From the NCBI GenBank assembly GCA_965223845.1, contig CBDCXR010000004.1, positions 3,840,001 to 3,904,000 on the forward strand: DNA of 64,000 nucleotides, given 5' to 3'. How positions within the stretch are numbered: the stretch's first letter is position 1; each line of letters starts with the position of its first letter. Source of the stretch: Planctomycetota bacterium (GTDB lineage Bacteria; Planctomycetota; UBA8108; SXIK01). The notes beneath the pieces were generated by a model that was not told where the DNA came from, made no database searches, and saw only the letters and a list, made by a program, of their open reading frames with translations. Of this stretch, positions 61,103 to 64,000 are shown one piece after another. Position numbers and translations under genes: made by a program.

Positions 61103-61999
61103 TCATCGATCGACCGAGGTACGAATTCGCAGCGCGGCGCGCGCCTGCTCGGTCGCTTGACGCGGAAAGTCGCGTTCGTAGCGGGCGGTGAGATCGTCGA
61201 CGGACCCGCGAAGAAGGTAGACGCGTCCACGCGCGCGCTTCTCTTCGCCCGGCGCGAGCCCGCCGAGACGGAAGTCCGAGTGAAGGCAGACGATCACGCC
61301 CTGAAACAGCTCCTGATAGGGCTCCCAAGCCATCGCGAGCATCCATTCGCCGTCTTCCGAGACGCAGCCGATGAGGCCATTCGACGGCACCTCGGGGCTG
61401 ATCGGCCGCGGGTTGACGTCCGCGTGATCGATCCCCGGGGGCACGTAGACCTGCCCGCCGCGGTAGCGAGCCTCCTCGGTGCGGCGCGTCGAGTGGAGAA
61501 ACACCGGCGCGCCGTCGAGGAAGATGAAGCTTCGTTCGATGTAGGTCGCTTGGTCCCGCCCGGTGAACTCCCCCACCCGCATGCAAGGCTGGACCCAGAC
61601 GGCTTCGACGTACTCGCCGCCGGGGTTTCGCGCCCGGACGTCGAACGCGACGCCGTCGTTGACGACGCGGATCTCGTGCTCGACCTCGACGCCTCCGGTC
61701 ACGCTGCACCGAAGCCGAATCGAACTCCCGTCGGCCGTCGCCTCGACGAGCTCGGTCGAGTGTCCCAGCGTCGTTCCCGACCAATCCCGGTCGGTCGATC
61801 CTCCGCGGCAGTACGCCTCGAGATACCAAATCTCGACGCGACCGCCCGGCACTCCTTCTCCCGAGATCCAGAGCTTGTCGTCGGCCCATTCGATACGAAG
61901 CTCCGGAGTCGTTCCTCCGAAACTTGCGAACGGTTGACATCCACCGCCGACGACGACGAAGGCGACGCAACACGAGAGGCGGCCAATGAAACTCAGCAT
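61103..61999 (-). CDS. Conserved hypothetical protein, probable lipoprotein (beta-sandwich)
   Basis: Lipobox-like GGGC; YLEAYCR, WVQPCMRV, AWEPYQELFQGVIVCLHSDFRLGGL. Confidence 0.75.
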   Translation of the reverse strand: MLSFIGRLSCCVAFVVVGGGCQPFASFGGTTPELRIEWADDKLWISGEGVPGGRVEIWYLEAYCRGGSTDRDWSGTTLGHSTELVEATADGSSIRLRCSVTGGVEVEHEIRVVNDGVAFDVRARNPGGEYVEAVWVQPCMRVGEFTGRDQATYIERSFIFLDGAPVFLHSTRRTEEARYRGGQVYVPPGIDHADVNPRPISPEVPSNGLIGCVSEDGEWMLAMAWEPYQELFQGVIVCLHSDFRLGGLAPGEEKRARGRVYLLRGSVDDLTARYERDFPRQATEQARAALRIRTSVDR

Positions 62000-62045
62000 G
62001 AATCTCCCCCCGGAGGTTTGAGAAGAGGGAGCGGGCTCGAGGAAC

Positions 62046-63746
62046 CTACGCTCCTGGGAAGAGCATGAGAAGGATGACGATCTCGATGAGTCCGATGACG
62101 CTGATGATGAAGAGGAGCGGAGTCCAGGTGCACAGGGTCTCCTTCTCGGTGAATCCGCTCATCTTGCACACCACCCAGAAGCCGCTGTCGTTCATCCACG
62201 AGAGGAAGATCGAGCCGAATCCGACGGCGGCGAAGACGTAGATCATGTGACAGGGCGGCGCTCCGGTGATCATCTGCGCGACGATTCCCGACGTCGTGAT
62301 CATCGCGACGGTGCCCGAGCCTTGCGCGACCTTCATGACCGCAGCGATCGACCACGCGACGAGGACGAGCGTCATCGCCCCCATCGACTCGCCGCCCGCG
62401 AGCTGCTCGAGCGCCTCACCGATTCCCGTGCGCGAGAGCATCTTGCCGAACGATCCTCCCGCACTCGTGATGAGGATGATCAGTCCCGCGCTCGTCACGG
62501 CCGGCTCGAGCTTCTCCTTGAGCGCCCCGAGTGAGAGTCCGCTCTGCCGGACGAGCACCCACACGGCGGCGAACGTCGAAATGAGGAGCGCCACATTGGC
62601 GTTCCCGAGAAACGCGCTCGTGCGGAGGATCGACGGCGAAATGTCGTACTCGTAGCTCTCGACGAGCGTCTTCAGCACGGCGTGCCCAGTGATGAGGACG
62701 ACAGGCAGAAGGACCGGCAAAATCGCGACGAAGAAGCCGGGAAGCTGACTGTCATCGCGCTCGACGATTTCCTTGAGCGCCTCCGACGATGATCCCGGCA
62801 CGTCGCGCATGGGGAGATCGAGCTTCCGGTTGGCGATCATCGCAAAAGCGAGCCCTGCGGCCGCGGGGATGAGGCCGAGAAGGAATCCGAGCCCGATCGC
62901 GGTACCGAGATCGAGGCCGAGGGGCTCGAAGTAGTCGGCGACCATCACGTACGGCCCGGGCGTCGGAGGAACGAGAGAGTGCGTGATGACGCCGCCCGCG
63001 CAGGGCGCGAGGACATAGAGGAGATAGTTCTTCCCGACGCGCATTCGGAGTGCGCGAGCGAGAGGAACGAGCAGGTAGAAGACGGTATCGAAGAATACGG
63101 GGACGGAGAGGATATACCCGTTCGCCAGGAGGGCGATCGACGCGAGCCCCTGCCCGAGCAGCGCCATGAGCCGCCGAACGATGACATCGGCCGCACCGCT
63201 CTCGAGGAGACACTGCCCGATGATCGCCGCGAGCACGATGACGATCGCGATCTTTCCGGCGGTCCCGCCGAACTCCTTCGTTGCGAGCTCGACGGAGAGC
63301 AGAGCCTGACCGCGATCGTCCTTCGTCTCCTCCATCCACTCCGCCTCGACCTCAGCAGCGAGCGGTGCGAGGAGTCGATCGCGCTCTTCGGCGTCGATCT
63401 CGCCGTTCTCTGCGCGCGCACGGATCGCGGCCTCGCGAGCAGCGATCCGGCGCTTGATCTCGCCGTCACCGAGGGAGCGCCGCTGAATCTCCCAGGCACG
63501 ATTCTCGATCTCGGCCGCGAGCTCTTCGTCCGTCCAGCCGCGTTCCGCCTGGAGCGCGACGAGCTCGGCGCGGGCGGCGTCCATCTCCGCCGACAGTTCC
63601 TGCCGCTTTCCCGTCAGAAGGGGATTCGGCGAGAGCACGCCGACGAGGAGCGCCGCGAGAATCAGAGCGAGAAAGGGATGGATCTTCAGCCATCCGATCG
63701 CGAGCACGATGAACGCGACGCCTACCGCGAGAACGACGAATGTCAT
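62046..63746 (-). CDS. GntP family permease with a ~100-aa helical insertion
   Basis: HPFLAL, PVFFDTVFYLLVPLARAL, THSLVPPTPGP, ITSAGGSFG, KVAQGSGTVAMIT, SWMNDSGFWVV. Confidence 0.92.
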   Translation of the reverse strand: MTFVVLAVGVAFIVLAIGWLKIHPFLALILAALLVGVLSPNPLLTGKRQELSAEMDAARAELVALQAERGWTDEELAAEIENRAWEIQRRSLGDGEIKRRIAAREAAIRARAENGEIDAEERDRLLAPLAAEVEAEWMEETKDDRGQALLSVELATKEFGGTAGKIAIVIVLAAIIGQCLLESGAADVIVRRLMALLGQGLASIALLANGYILSVPVFFDTVFYLLVPLARALRMRVGKNYLLYVLAPCAGGVITHSLVPPTPGPYVMVADYFEPLGLDLGTAIGLGFLLGLIPAAAGLAFAMIANRKLDLPMRDVPGSSSEALKEIVERDDSQLPGFFVAILPVLLPVVLITGHAVLKTLVESYEYDISPSILRTSAFLGNANVALLISTFAAVWVLVRQSGLSLGALKEKLEPAVTSAGLIILITSAGGSFGKMLSRTGIGEALEQLAGGESMGAMTLVLVAWSIAAVMKVAQGSGTVAMITTSGIVAQMITGAPPCHMIYVFAAVGFGSIFLSWMNDSGFWVVCKMSGFTEKETLCTWTPLLFIISVIGLIEIVILLMLFPGA

Positions 63747-64000
63747 GACACCCTCAGGGCTCTAGAGATCTCATTCGAGGAGGCTTCCCGGAGCCTCCCC
63801 CACCCGCGAACTAGGATCGCGCCGGCTCCGCCGGCCCCACCCGCTCCCGTTCGTCGCACGTCTCGTCCTTTCGCTTGGTTCGACGCAGCCGCGCTCACCC
63901 TGTTCTTGGCGGCGATCGAGTTCCGTTGGCGAGGCGGCGAGTGTGAACCCGGTCGCCGGCAGGGGGACAAGACTACGGAAAGCCGCCGAAACTTGCGACG

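Overview
High-GC bacterial chromosomal segment, most likely from an uncultured Planctomycetota. This is inferred from the H4MPT-linked C1 genes of the planctomycete type, Tat-exported Gfo/Idh/MocA proteins paired with HEAT-repeat proteins, a dockerin-like motif, and DUF4388 and Ser/Thr kinase proteins. About 48 CDS are supported. I see no tRNA, rRNA, CRISPR array, integrase or transposase. Core content: tsf, dinB, an ettA-like ABC-F, an rluA-family synthase, two hsp20 genes, a C1 cluster (mtdC, fae, ATP-grasp, fhcBADC), an SPFH/zinc-ribbon pair, transporters and many exported hydrolases. The most interesting signals are non-coding: (1) a ~400-nt structured leader in front of fae with strand-specific G-U pairs and complementary hairpin loops (candidate C1-sensing cis-regulatory RNA); (2) an rpsB-like leader and orphan RBS in front of tsf with no rpsB gene; (3) a sigma-54 + IHF + palindrome promoter in front of the hsp20 pair; (4) a ~150-nt rod-shaped inverted repeat between convergent genes. 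A mirror-image divergent pair of Tat-oxidoreductase/HEAT operons is also notable. All calls come from reading motifs by eye; no database searches were run, and start codons were trimmed manually.
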